Below are positions 42,415-51,701 of a stretch of 64,000 nt of DNA, in pieces (the first letter of the stretch is position 1; each line of letters starts with the position of its first letter). The stretch spans positions 8,290 to 72,289 of the forward strand of contig DATKNH010000046.1 in NCBI GenBank assembly GCA_035541455.1, written 5' to 3'. Under the pieces are notes generated by a model. That model worked only from the letters and a program-made list of their open reading frames with translations, searched no databases and was not told the origin of the DNA. The stretch comes from Syntrophorhabdales bacterium (GTDB lineage: Bacteria > Desulfobacterota > Syntrophorhabdia > Syntrophorhabdales > WCHB1-27). A program made the position numbers and the translations under genes.

Positions 42415-44285
42415 CCGATCACCAATATTCCTATGACCGCCAGCGCGCCAAAGGAGATGGCGGCGGCGTACCAGCGTACATTGCCTGTTTGCGTCAGAGC
42501 CAGCACCATGGAAGAAACGGTACTGACCCATGCCACTCCATCATAGCCCCGATCGATCGCATCGTTCCTGTTCCAATCGGCCAGCCTGACGAAAGGCCTC
42601 ACTATGAGCCGATCATACAACCAGTCAAAGCCCCATCCGCTGATCAGATACGCGTGAATGATGTATCCGATGGCCGTCTCGCTGACATGTCCGACCCATT
42701 TCGCTCTCCACGTGTAGAGTATGCACGCCAGACAAATGCCGGCCACCGAAATGAGAGGAACCGCAATCTCTGCAATCGTTCCTGAGTCTACCGCTCTCAG
42801 AGCCGGGAGCGCACCCTCCATGAAATCCGAAAAGAGCGTCAGATCGCCCAGCGCACGTGGGGTCTCCAGGAATCCCACTGCGATCGAGAGGATGGAAAGA
42901 ATCGCAAGAGGAATCTTCATCGAGATGTCAGCGCGCTCGCTGAATGCGCTCTTTTCTTTTCCGAAAAAGACCAGGAAGACCATCCGAAATGCGTAGAGCG
43001 ACGTCAGAAAAGCGCCCACCACACCTGCCAGCCAGAACCAACCCCCATTCGGAGCCGACCAGGCCTCCATAAGAATCAAGTCTTTGCTGTAAAAGCCTGC
43101 GGTAACCAGCGGGAGCGCCGACAGGGAAGCAGCCCCCACAAGAAAAGCCACGAAGGCGCCGGGCGCCACCCGCCGTAATCCCCCCATTCTGAACATGTTA
43201 TGCTCCTCATCCAATCCCTGAATAACAACCCCGGCGGCCAGAAAGAGAAGCGCCTTGAAACAGGCATGCGTCGCGAGGTGGAAGACAGCGGCCGACCAGG
43301 CACCGACACCGAGGGCCATAAACATATAGCCCACCTGACTCATGGTAGAGTACGCGAGAGTTCGCTTGATATCACTCTGCACGAGGGCGCTCGCGCCGGC
43401 GATGAGAAGCGTTATCGCCCCTATCACTGCGACAGCGAAGAGTACGGCCGGCGCCAGGACAAACAACAGATGCATCCTTGCTATAAGGTACACACCTGCA
43501 GTGACCATGGTCGCGGCATGGATGAGGGCACTCACCGGTGTGGGTCCGGCCATAGCGTCCGGAAGCCACGTCTGCAGCGGCAACTGGGCCGACTTGCCCA
43601 GTGCCCCTCCCAGGAGCAGGGCACAACAAGCTACTGCGATGCCGGAGCCCACGGCCCACTGCATTTCAGCCCTTGCCATTATCTCCTGCAGCTCTAGGGT
43701 ACCAAGACTCACGAATATAAGAAAAACGGCCACAGCCATTGATGCGTCGCCCACGCGAGTGACGATAAACGCCTTTATAGCTGCCCTTCCGTTGGCGGGA
43801 TCATCATACCAGAAGCCTATCAGCAGATAGCTGCAGAGGCCCACAGCCTCCCAGCCGAGGTAGAGAAGGAGCAGGTTGTCGGCCATAACAAGGATGAGCA
43901 TCGAACCGACAAAAAGATTCATGTAGGCAAAAAAGCGACTATAGCCCTCGCTGCGGATCATGAATCCCGCCGAATAGAGCAAGATAAGAAAACCAACGAC
44001 AGTCACGACAAGTATCATGATCAATGAAAGCGCATCGAGATATAACGCTATTGCGGGTGTAAAACGGCCCGCGGAAATCCATGTCCAGAGCGTTTGCACG
44101 TACATGCTCTCGGCTGAGAACCAGATGAATTCGATACCGACAAGCAGCGCAACCGCTGCGGAGAGCCCGACGGAAATTACCCCGATGCTCGCAGCAATAG
44201 CTCGCGAAAGTCTGCCGCCGACAACTGCGAGCAGAAGGAATCCGGCATAAGGCAAAGCAGGTATCAGCCAGAGCAATTCAACCAT
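42411..44285 (-). CDS. nuoL: NADH-quinone oxidoreductase subunit L
   Basis: 624 aa carrying DIKRTLAYSTMSQVGYMFMALG and a long C-terminal amphipathic/TM region. Confidence 0.9.
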   Translation of the reverse strand: MVELLWLIPALPYAGFLLLAVVGGRLSRAIAASIGVISVGLSAAVALLVGIEFIWFSAESMYVQTLWTWISAGRFTPAIALYLDALSLIMILVVTVVGFLILLYSAGFMIRSEGYSRFFAYMNLFVGSMLILVMADNLLLLYLGWEAVGLCSYLLIGFWYDDPANGRAAIKAFIVTRVGDASMAVAVFLIFVSLGTLELQEIMARAEMQWAVGSGIAVACCALLLGGALGKSAQLPLQTWLPDAMAGPTPVSALIHAATMVTAGVYLIARMHLLFVLAPAVLFAVAVIGAITLLIAGASALVQSDIKRTLAYSTMSQVGYMFMALGVGAWSAAVFHLATHACFKALLFLAAGVVIQGLDEEHNMFRMGGLRRVAPGAFVAFLVGAASLSALPLVTAGFYSKDLILMEAWSAPNGGWFWLAGVVGAFLTSLYAFRMVFLVFFGKEKSAFSERADISMKIPLAILSILSIAVGFLETPRALGDLTLFSDFMEGALPALRAVDSGTIAEIAVPLISVAGICLACILYTWRAKWVGHVSETAIGYIIHAYLISGWGFDWLYDRLIVRPFVRLADWNRNDAIDRGYDGVAWVSTVSSMVLALTQTGNVRWYAAAISFGALAVIGILVIG

Positions 44286-44286
44286 A

Positions 44287-44595
44287 TCAGTCTCTCAAAC
44301 CACTTGCAGCATCTACATCAAGGGTCCTGAACTTGTGGTACAGTTGCAATACTAGGGCGAGCCCGACGGATACTTCCGCGGCAGCCATTGACAGCACAAA
44401 TATAAACATGACCTGCCCGTCAGGTTGACCCCACCGTGCGCCGGCTGCAACGAAAGCCAATCCCGACGCATTCAGCATTACTTCGAGTGAAAGCAGCATG
44501 AAAATGATGTTGCGTCGCGCAAGGAGACCGACCAGACCAACAACAAAGAGAAGTCCGGCAAGGATGAGCCCCTGTTCTACGGGTATCTGCTCCAT
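44287..44595 (-). CDS. nuoK: NADH-quinone oxidoreductase subunit K
   Basis: 102 aa with three TM segments, carrying [19 protein letters not shown]. Confidence 0.88.
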   Translation of the reverse strand: MEQIPVEQGLILAGLLFVVGLVGLLARRNIIFMLLSLEVMLNASGLAFVAAGARWGQPDGQVMFIFVLSMAAAEVSVGLALVLQLYHKFRTLDVDAASGLRD

Positions 44596-45125
44596 AACAC
44601 TTTTTCCTCTCGGTTGTGGACGTGTTCCTCGGGATAGAGGCCGCCTCGGCCCAGGTGAAACGCGCCGATGAGCCCTGCAAGAAGCAGCATTGAGGCCATT
44701 TCGACTCCCAGGAGATACGGACCGAAGAGTGCAATACCCACGTCTTTTGGACTAACCTCGGCCGCACCGCTGACCGCCGCCGTTCCCCGGGTAACCACCC
44801 AGACCAACTCCGCACCCAGAATAGAGGTGAGTAATGAAGGGCCGATCCATGTGTGAGGACGTATCCAGCGCCTCTCCTGGGCCGTCGCAAGCGGTCCCAG
44901 ATTGAGCATCATAATGACGAAGACAAAAAGGACCATGATCGCTCCGGCATATACGATCACCTCGAGCGCCGCAGCAAAATGTGCCCCGAACATGAGAAAG
45001 ATAAGGGCTAATGCCAGCAGAGAAACGATAAAATAAAGCAGAGCGTGTACCGCATTGAGCCGGGTAATCGCAAGAAGCGTGGCCACAAGCGCCACCCCCG
45101 CTGCTATGTAGAAAGCTACCATCAT
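44577..45125 (-). CDS. nuoJ: NADH-quinone oxidoreductase subunit J
   Basis: 182 aa hydrophobic protein, assigned by its position between nuoI and nuoK. Confidence 0.85.
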   Translation of the reverse strand: MMVAFYIAAGVALVATLLAITRLNAVHALLYFIVSLLALALIFLMFGAHFAAALEVIVYAGAIMVLFVFVIMMLNLGPLATAQERRWIRPHTWIGPSLLTSILGAELVWVVTRGTAAVSGAAEVSPKDVGIALFGPYLLGVEMASMLLLAGLIGAFHLGRGGLYPEEHVHNREEKVLWSRYP

Positions 45126-45138
45126 AGCTTCTCCTTCC

Positions 45139-45172
45139 CTGCTTACGTGATCAACTGCTCAACAACTCAACT
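45139..45172 (-). repeat. Heptamer-type spacer between nuoI and nuoJ
   Basis: The minus strand reads GGGCAGTTGAGTTGTTGAGCAGTTGATCACGTAAGCAG. It shares aactgctca and ctgcttac (+ strand) with 22240-22270. Confidence 0.45.
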
Positions 45173-45176
45173 GCCC

Positions 45177-45746
45177 TCACGGCAACAGCGTCCTCACATC
45201 AACGGGCGGCTCCTCCTGCTTCCCTTGACCCTTGTCTTTGCCTTTGATTGCAAGGCCTGCCACCCGGTAATAGTTGTAGTCAGGGTATTTGCCGGGTCCA
45301 CTTATCAGTAGATGCTCTTTTTCATACACGAGATTCTGCCGCTCGTATTCTCCCATCTCATAGTCGCCAGTAAGCTGAATCGCGTAGGTCGGACAAGCTT
45401 CTTCGCAGAAGCCGCAGAAAATACAGCGTGAAAAATTTATGCGGAAGAATGCGGGATAACGCCTGCCGTCAGCATCTTCGGTAGCCTGCAACGAAATACA
45501 GTCAACGGGGCAGGCTGCCGCGCAGAGATAGCAGGCGACACAACGCTCTTCTCCATCGGGGTCCCTTGATAGGATGATGCGCCCTCTCCACCGCGGAGGC
45601 ATCACGTGCTTCTCGTCAGGATATAGAATGGTCTCCCGCCTGCGCAGGAGGTGCCAGAAGACAATCCACACGCTTCGCACAATACCAAACGCCCCGCTCG
45701 CCCACTCCGAAACTGCGGTGCGCTTTATCTTTCTTCCTCTATTCAT
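45177..45746 (-). CDS. nuoI: NADH-quinone oxidoreductase subunit I (2x[4Fe-4S])
   Basis: Carries [12 protein letters not shown] and [12 protein letters not shown]. Confidence 0.9.
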   Translation of the reverse strand: MNRGRKIKRTAVSEWASGAFGIVRSVWIVFWHLLRRRETILYPDEKHVMPPRWRGRIILSRDPDGEERCVACYLCAAACPVDCISLQATEDADGRRYPAFFRINFSRCIFCGFCEEACPTYAIQLTGDYEMGEYERQNLVYEKEHLLISGPGKYPDYNYYRVAGLAIKGKDKGQGKQEEPPVDVRTLLP

Positions 45747-45780
45747 GACCCGTGACCCATGCCCCTTGAACCTGTTGTTA

Positions 45781-46779
45781 TCATCCCTTCACCGCCAGTA
45801 TCACCGCTCCTGTCACCAGGAGATTCACAAGCGACAAGGGCAGCATGACTTTCCACGCGTAATGCATCAGCTGATCATAGCGCGGCCTGGGTAAAGACGC
45901 CCTGATCAGGATAAAGCCGCTGATAAACACGCAAAGCTTGGCGACAAACCAGATGATAGGCGGCAAGAAATGGCCTATAAGTGCCGGTCCACGCCACCCG
46001 CCAAAGAAAAGAATCACTATAAACGTTGAGATCAGGGTTATAGCGAGATACTCGCCGATGAAGAACATACCGAATTTCATCGCGGAGTATTCCGTATGGT
46101 AGCCCGCGACAAGCTCATTCTCAGCCTCGGGCAGATCAAAGGGCATGCGATGTACTTCCGCCACGCCCGCTGTGACAAAGATTACCAGCCCCGCGAATTG
46201 CGGAACACAGAACCAGATGTTTTTCTGAGCCTCTACAATGTCGCTGAGATTAAAGGAACCTGCGAGCATCACCACACCCATGAGGGAAAGCCCCATAAAC
46301 GCTTCATAACTGATCATCTGCGCCGCCCCGCGCAGCCCTCCTAGAAGGGAATACTTGCTCCCTGAAGCCCACCCGGCGAGCGCTATGCTGTAGACTCCGA
46401 GAGCGGCCATGGCGAGGAAAAAGAGAAGGCCGATGTTGAGGTTTATAATTTGTATCCCGGGCGCAAACGGCACAACCGCGAAAGCAGTCAAGACAGTGAA
46501 AACGATGAGACCCGGCGCAACGACAAAAACCGGCTTGTCTGCGAAGGGCGGTATCCAGTCTTCTTTGAACAACATCTTAATAGCATCCGCTGACACCTGG
46601 AGCAGGCCGAACGGTCCTGCCCTGTTGGGCCCGTACCTGTCCTGCCAGAGCGCAAGCATTCTCCGCTCCACAAACGTGAGGCCGGCCGCGATCCCGAGCA
46701 GCGCTATCAGAACCACGAATATGATGACCAGGCGTATGATCACTCCCGTCAAGCTCCTATCCTCCGTATCTTTCCCCAT
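45781..46779 (-). CDS. nuoH: NADH-quinone oxidoreductase subunit H
   Basis: Carries [38 protein letters not shown] and [20 protein letters not shown]. Confidence 0.92.
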   Translation of the reverse strand: MGKDTEDRSLTGVIIRLVIIFVVLIALLGIAAGLTFVERRMLALWQDRYGPNRAGPFGLLQVSADAIKMLFKEDWIPPFADKPVFVVAPGLIVFTVLTAFAVVPFAPGIQIINLNIGLLFFLAMAALGVYSIALAGWASGSKYSLLGGLRGAAQMISYEAFMGLSLMGVVMLAGSFNLSDIVEAQKNIWFCVPQFAGLVIFVTAGVAEVHRMPFDLPEAENELVAGYHTEYSAMKFGMFFIGEYLAITLISTFIVILFFGGWRGPALIGHFLPPIIWFVAKLCVFISGFILIRASLPRPRYDQLMHYAWKVMLPLSLVNLLVTGAVILAVKG

Positions 46780-49469
46780 GCGGGAAGGAGGGTCATCTCC
46801 ACTCCGGGCAACCCTACGGGCAGGAGTGCTACTCCGTGAGGCACATCAGATCTGATACTGCCAGGCAGCTCGTACCGGGCACTGCCGATCGTAAGCTCCA
46901 GCCGCTCACCTTCCCCCGTCCCCAGATTTGACGCATCCTCCTGGCTCATAGCTATACAGGCAGCCGGAATTCGCCGGGTTATGGCCGGCGAGAATGCGCT
47001 GAGTTCTTCAGAGCCGAAAATATGGTGGGAGGCTACGACCAGCCATTCGCCAGGCCTGCGCCCATCAGATTGAGGCACCTCTTCAAAATAGCGGTGGCCC
47101 TTCTCAGACCCGTCCCTCTTCTGAACCAGGCGCCGGCCCGGATCACCACCACGCAAGGGACCGCCTACCTCACTTTGAAATTTATTCACGGATTGTACCG
47201 AGTTCCAGCCCGGTGCCCAAAAACGGGATATGAGCGCAGATGGAGGCACACCGCTGTACCCTTCCATGGAAAAGGCGAGAGGCGAATCCGTGTCATCGGG
47301 TTGCTTGGGCTCATTGATAGTGACGTTCGCATTCATCGCTGTGCGGCCGCTGTAACGGTGCGGCTGGCGGGGAATTTTCTGACCCACTACGCGAAAAGAG
47401 GCATCAGGTGCTGCAGCGGCAACATCCTCAAAACCAGGTAGTGATGTTTGAAGCGCGGAAATAATGCTGTCCGCATCGTTCCACACAGGCGCGCTGCGCC
47501 CGGCAACCTCCATAGCCGTTGTCAGCCAGCGCCAGCTTTCCAGAATTCCCTGCGGGGCCGGAAAAACCCTGAAGGAGCGCTGCGCCCTCCCCTCGTTGTT
47601 GACGAGGCTCCCGTCGGCCTCGGCAAAGGTTGCGGCCGGGAGCACCATATCAGCGTGCCCCATCGTCCGCGTAACCAGTTGGTCGAGCACAATCACGCGT
47701 TTGCACCCCTCAAGAAACCGCTTCACGTGGATATTCTCTGCTCTGCGAAAGAGGTCATTCTCAAGAATGACCACGGCGTCAACTTCTCCTCTTTGCGCCC
47801 TGTCAAAAGCTGCCTGAAGCGGGTGCCCGCCCATCATGGCGAGCCCCAGGGAATTGCATTCGGGTGTGGTGAAAAAAAGCTCGGCGGCCGATCCTTTTGT
47901 GCGAAGCGCTCGTGCGACATTCGCTGCGGAGCGAATGATCGGCAAGCTTCCGCAACCCGGCCCGGATACGACCAGCGGCCTTTTCGCGGTCTGCATCATA
48001 GCGCCAATTAATTCCGCCAGGGAATGCTGCATTTCACTCAGACCGGGAACTTCAGGAGCTTGCGGGTCAACACAGCAGGCCACGGCGCTTCCCAATCTTG
48101 CGATCTCATCCGGTGTACCACGGAATACCTTCGTGGCAATGCCATCAAGAGCGGTTTTATAGGTTGTTGCTATGAATAACGGTCCCAGCTCGCTTTGCAC
48201 TGCATTACGCACGCCTTTGTCATCCCACAGCGGTATCTTCATCTTAACGGCAATCTCGAGCGGTGTCTGTCGCACAGACTGTCTGAGCGCAAGATCAAGC
48301 ATCGGTGCCGTGTTCGTCACATCCTCTCCCAAGAGAAAGACTGCATCAGCCTTCGCGGCCGAGCTGAGCGAAGCTATGCCGGCGGGCCAATTCTTCAGCA
48401 TTTCCACCTGGGCAGAGAGCAACTGCTGTTCGGTAGCGGAAAGCCCCGCATAAAAATGTGCCGGGCCGACGAGTTCCCTCAAGGCGAAGTTTGCCTCAAG
48501 AGAAGCCCTCGGTGACCCGATTCCGATCACGCAGGCACCGGAGGAGAAAACGCCTCTCAGGACGTCCATCACTTTCTTGGGCATCACAGACTGAAGTGCA
48601 GCATTGCGGGATTCGCGTAGCAAGGGTTCCCTGATTCTCTGCTCACTGTTGACGAATTCATAACCGAAGCGGCCGCGATCGCACAGAAAATAGCCGTTCA
48701 CTTCACCATTGTACCTGTTGCGGATTCTTCTCAGGGTTCCGTAGCGCTCGCCCGGCAACGTGTTACAGCCGATACCGCAGTGCCTGCAGATAGACGGCGC
48801 AGTCTGCAAATCCCATGAACGTGCGAAATGGTGCTTTAACGTCTTGTCTGTAAAGACACCTGTCGGGCACACCTCGACGAGATTGCCGCTGAAGGGGCTC
48901 TCGAGAACTCCGTCCTTGTGGCGTCCGAAATAGACCGAATCGTGGCTTGCAAAGACACCAAAATCTCGCGCCATGGCATAGTCGTTGTAGAAGCGCGTGC
49001 ATCGATAGCACTGAATGCAGCGATTCATTTCATGGTTGACAAACGGACCCAGATCCTGGTTTCGGTGCGTTCTTTTCTTGAAGCGGCTCTTTCGATAGAC
49101 ATGGCCTGTCATGAGGGTCATGTCCTGCAAGTGGCATTCACCTCCCTCGTCACAGACAGGGCAATCGTGGGGATGGTTCAGCATCAGCCACTCGATGATG
49201 CTCGCGCGGAATTTTTTGGCATCCGGGTCGTCGATAGAGAGCCGGGTGCCATTGTCTGCCGCTGTCATACAGGACATGACGATCCTGCCCCGGGTGTCCC
49301 GCTCATCCCTAAAAACTTTTACCGCACACTGGCGGCAAGCCCCCACTGATTTCAAGGCCGGGTGCCAGCAGAAGTAGGGTATGTCAAAGCCAAGAGACAG
49401 GCATGCCTGAAGAAGGCTTTGCCCTTCTTTCACCTCGTGAGGTTTGTTATCTATGAAAATAGTAACCAT
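46749..49469 (-). CDS. nuoG: NADH-quinone oxidoreductase subunit G (long form)
   Basis: Starts MVTIFIDNKPHEV at 49469. Carries the 2Fe-2S motif CWHPALKSVGACRQC, then HPHDCPVCDEGGECHLQD, RCIQCYRCTRF and CPTGVF, followed by a molybdopterin-like domain. It overlaps nuoH by 31 nt. Confidence 0.9.
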   Translation of the reverse strand: MVTIFIDNKPHEVKEGQSLLQACLSLGFDIPYFCWHPALKSVGACRQCAVKVFRDERDTRGRIVMSCMTAADNGTRLSIDDPDAKKFRASIIEWLMLNHPHDCPVCDEGGECHLQDMTLMTGHVYRKSRFKKRTHRNQDLGPFVNHEMNRCIQCYRCTRFYNDYAMARDFGVFASHDSVYFGRHKDGVLESPFSGNLVEVCPTGVFTDKTLKHHFARSWDLQTAPSICRHCGIGCNTLPGERYGTLRRIRNRYNGEVNGYFLCDRGRFGYEFVNSEQRIREPLLRESRNAALQSVMPKKVMDVLRGVFSSGACVIGIGSPRASLEANFALRELVGPAHFYAGLSATEQQLLSAQVEMLKNWPAGIASLSSAAKADAVFLLGEDVTNTAPMLDLALRQSVRQTPLEIAVKMKIPLWDDKGVRNAVQSELGPLFIATTYKTALDGIATKVFRGTPDEIARLGSAVACCVDPQAPEVPGLSEMQHSLAELIGAMMQTAKRPLVVSGPGCGSLPIIRSAANVARALRTKGSAAELFFTTPECNSLGLAMMGGHPLQAAFDRAQRGEVDAVVILENDLFRRAENIHVKRFLEGCKRVIVLDQLVTRTMGHADMVLPAATFAEADGSLVNNEGRAQRSFRVFPAPQGILESWRWLTTAMEVAGRSAPVWNDADSIISALQTSLPGFEDVAAAAPDASFRVVGQKIPRQPHRYSGRTAMNANVTINEPKQPDDTDSPLAFSMEGYSGVPPSALISRFWAPGWNSVQSVNKFQSEVGGPLRGGDPGRRLVQKRDGSEKGHRYFEEVPQSDGRRPGEWLVVASHHIFGSEELSAFSPAITRRIPAACIAMSQEDASNLGTGEGERLELTIGSARYELPGSIRSDVPHGVALLPVGLPGVEMTLLPAWGKIRRIGA

Positions 49470-49477
49470 GCTCTTAG

Positions 49478-49620
49478 AACAATATGTAAATCCCAATATC
49501 CAAATCCCAAACAATTTTCTAATATCGAATATCTAAATCAACTTCATTGATGTCCTGGGTCGACATTTTGGTCATTTGAAATTGTTTGGATATTGGAAAT
49601 TGGATATTGGAATTTCCTGT
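49478..49620. repeat. AT-rich palindromic (MITE/REP-like) element, copy B, between nuoF and nuoG
   Basis: The left arm is aacaatatgtaaatcccaatatccaaatcccaaacaatt. The right arm is aattgtttggatattggaaattggatattggaattt. The arms are imperfect reverse complements and are homologous to the arms of copy A. Confidence 0.6.
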
Positions 49621-49622
49621 TT

Positions 49623-50930
49623 TCATTTTGCCTTCCACGGACATTGCTTTTCCTCTATGTGCTGCTCAAAATCTTCCCTGAAATATTTGAGTGCGCTCTG
49701 CAGCGGTTCAACAGCGCCGGGTGCATGCACGCAATAGGTTTTACCCGGCCCGAGGGCCTGGCACTGCCATTCAAGAATGTCGAGGTCGCCCAACTCCCCT
49801 TCCCCCTTCTCGATTGATTCCAATATCTTTACTATCCACGGCAGTCCTTCACGGCAGGGCGTGCACCAGCCGCACGATTCGCGGGCAAAGAAGCGCTCGA
49901 GATTGAGCACCAGTCCAACAGGACAGGTCTTGTCGTCGAGAATGATCATTGTGCCGGTGCCGAGTCTGCTTCCCGCCTTCTGCATAGAATCAAAATCCAT
50001 TTTTACATCGAGGTGCGCCCCTGTGAGAAAATCGGTCGATGCGCCGCCTGGAATGATACCGCGTAATGTGTATCCGTCGCGCATCCCTCCTGCACGCCCA
50101 TCCAGTAACTCGCGAATAGTGGTACCCATGGGCAGTTCCCAGAGCCCGGCTTTTTTTACTCTGCCGCTTACCCCGTACATCTTTGTTCCTCCATCGCTGG
50201 AAGGGCTCAACGATTTGTACCAGGCTGCGCCATGCCGGACGATGTGGGGAACATTGGAGAGCGTCTCCGCGTTATTCACGACCGTGGGGCGCCCCCAGAG
50301 GCCGCACTGCGCCGGAAAAGGCGGTCTGGATCGGGGTATCGGCCTTACGCCCTCCAGCGCGTTCAACAGCGCAGTCTCTTCACCACAGATGTAGCGCCCT
50401 GCACTGGTATGCATCTTGACATCCATGCTGAACGTTGAGCCGAGTATGTTCTCTCCCAGATATCCTTTCTCGTATGCCTCGCGCACCGCCTGCATCAACG
50501 ATTTGGCCGAAGCAGTGTAAGCCCAGCGCAAGAAGAGGTAACCGATCTGCGCATCGATCGCGTAGCCGCAGAGAATCAACCCTTCAAGAAGTTGGTGAGG
50601 GTTCTGCTGCATGAGCAATCGATCCTTGAACGTGCCCGGCTCCATCTCGTCTGAGTTGGATATGGCGTACCTCGGTTTGGCCATATCAGACCCTGGGGGA
50701 CAGGCACCCCACTTCATACCTGTAGGGAAGCCGGCGCCGCCCCTCCCTCTCAGATTGGACGCCTTCACCTCCTCAATCACTTCAGATGGCGTCATCTGCG
50801 TAAGAGCCTTCCGGAGAGCCTGATAGCCACCGGCCCTCTCGTACTCCTCGATGCTGAGCTGCTGTCCATCATCTCTCAAATGTTCCGTCAGCGGTCTTTG
50901 TGTCAAACTATGTGCCTCTCCTGAATCCAA
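49623..50930 (-). CDS. nuoF: NADH-quinone oxidoreductase subunit F
   Basis: Carries GRGGAGFPTGMKW, NSDEMEPGTFKDR and ESCGWCTPCREG. The listed start is TTG and the true start is uncertain by a few codons. Confidence 0.9.
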   Translation of the reverse strand: MDSGEAHSLTQRPLTEHLRDDGQQLSIEEYERAGGYQALRKALTQMTPSEVIEEVKASNLRGRGGAGFPTGMKWGACPPGSDMAKPRYAISNSDEMEPGTFKDRLLMQQNPHQLLEGLILCGYAIDAQIGYLFLRWAYTASAKSLMQAVREAYEKGYLGENILGSTFSMDVKMHTSAGRYICGEETALLNALEGVRPIPRSRPPFPAQCGLWGRPTVVNNAETLSNVPHIVRHGAAWYKSLSPSSDGGTKMYGVSGRVKKAGLWELPMGTTIRELLDGRAGGMRDGYTLRGIIPGGASTDFLTGAHLDVKMDFDSMQKAGSRLGTGTMIILDDKTCPVGLVLNLERFFARESCGWCTPCREGLPWIVKILESIEKGEGELGDLDILEWQCQALGPGKTYCVHAPGAVEPLQSALKYFREDFEQHIEEKQCPWKAK

Positions 50931-50947
50931 CGAAATCGGTTCGCCTG

Positions 50948-50975
50948 TAACTGCTCACTGCTTTCGGCTCACTGC
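50948..50975 (-). repeat. Heptamer-type spacer between nuoE and nuoF
   Basis: The minus strand reads GCGCAGTGAGCCGAAAGCAGTGAGCAGTTA. The + strand 16-mer taactgctcactgctt is identical to 22240-22255. Confidence 0.6.
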
Positions 50976-50981
50976 GCACCG

Positions 50982-51494
50982 TTATGGGTACTTCTCCAAT
51001 ATCTCATCAACCTTGGCGCTATCCAGGTCTCCATATAAATCGTCATCTATCATCATGGCGGGAGCGTGATCGCACATGCCGATGCAACTGATCGGCAAAA
51101 GCGTAAAGCGATCATCCGCCGTTGTCTCTCCAGTACTTATTCCCAGCTTTCCACTCAGATGCTCCTGGATAGTCTCCTGTCCCATGATATAGCAGGTCAG
51201 ACTGTCGCACACAAAGATCACATGCCTTCCCACCGGCCTGCGGAAAATAAATGAATAAAATGTTGCGACACTATCCAGCTCCTCCGGCGACATGCCGACA
51301 AGGGGTGCCACATCCCTGATCGCTTCATCCGAAATCCATCGGCGGTACCGCTGCAAGGCTTGCAAGGCTTCCACGGAGGCAGACTCCGGGCACTCGCAAT
51401 CCTCAACCTCCTTCTCCACAGCCATCCGCTCTTCATCGGTCAGCACAGCTTCGCCTCTACAGGGGCTTGGGTCCCGGGTCCGGCAGAACCACAA
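50982..51494 (-). CDS. nuoE: NADH-quinone oxidoreductase subunit E ([2Fe-2S])
   Basis: Carries HVIFVCDSLTCYIMG and LLPISCIGMCDHAP. The start is uncertain: ATG at 51494 or GTG at 51446 (VLTDEER...). Confidence 0.85.
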   Translation of the reverse strand: MWFCRTRDPSPCRGEAVLTDEERMAVEKEVEDCECPESASVEALQALQRYRRWISDEAIRDVAPLVGMSPEELDSVATFYSFIFRRPVGRHVIFVCDSLTCYIMGQETIQEHLSGKLGISTGETTADDRFTLLPISCIGMCDHAPAMMIDDDLYGDLDSAKVDEILEKYP

Positions 51495-51571
51495 GGTCTA
51501 ACCTTCGCAAGGCTACCCTCGGCAATGGCGGACAAAAGATCCACGCTGCCAGAGAATGCGCAGGATTCGCA

Positions 51572-51680
51572 CGATGAAAGCGAGAGAAAAAGCTTCAGAT
51601 GCAAGGCGCGCAAGTCCTGAGGCACGCAGGCGTACTGAGACGTACGTCGGAGTGGCACAGGGCGCCGCGCAACGCCGCAG
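51572..51680. repeat. GC-rich REP-like intergenic repeat, copy Y, in the nuoCD-nuoE gap
   Basis: It aligns with 9679-9765 (shared cgatg.a.agcgag, gcttc/gggatgc.aaggcg, aggcgtac...gtacgtcg.ag..gcacagg.c...gcaacg.cg). It contains the hairpin cgtac-tgagac-gtacg and a partial internal duplication. Confidence 0.5.
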
Positions 51681-51701
51681 ATGGACTTTTTATCTCGCTT
51701 T

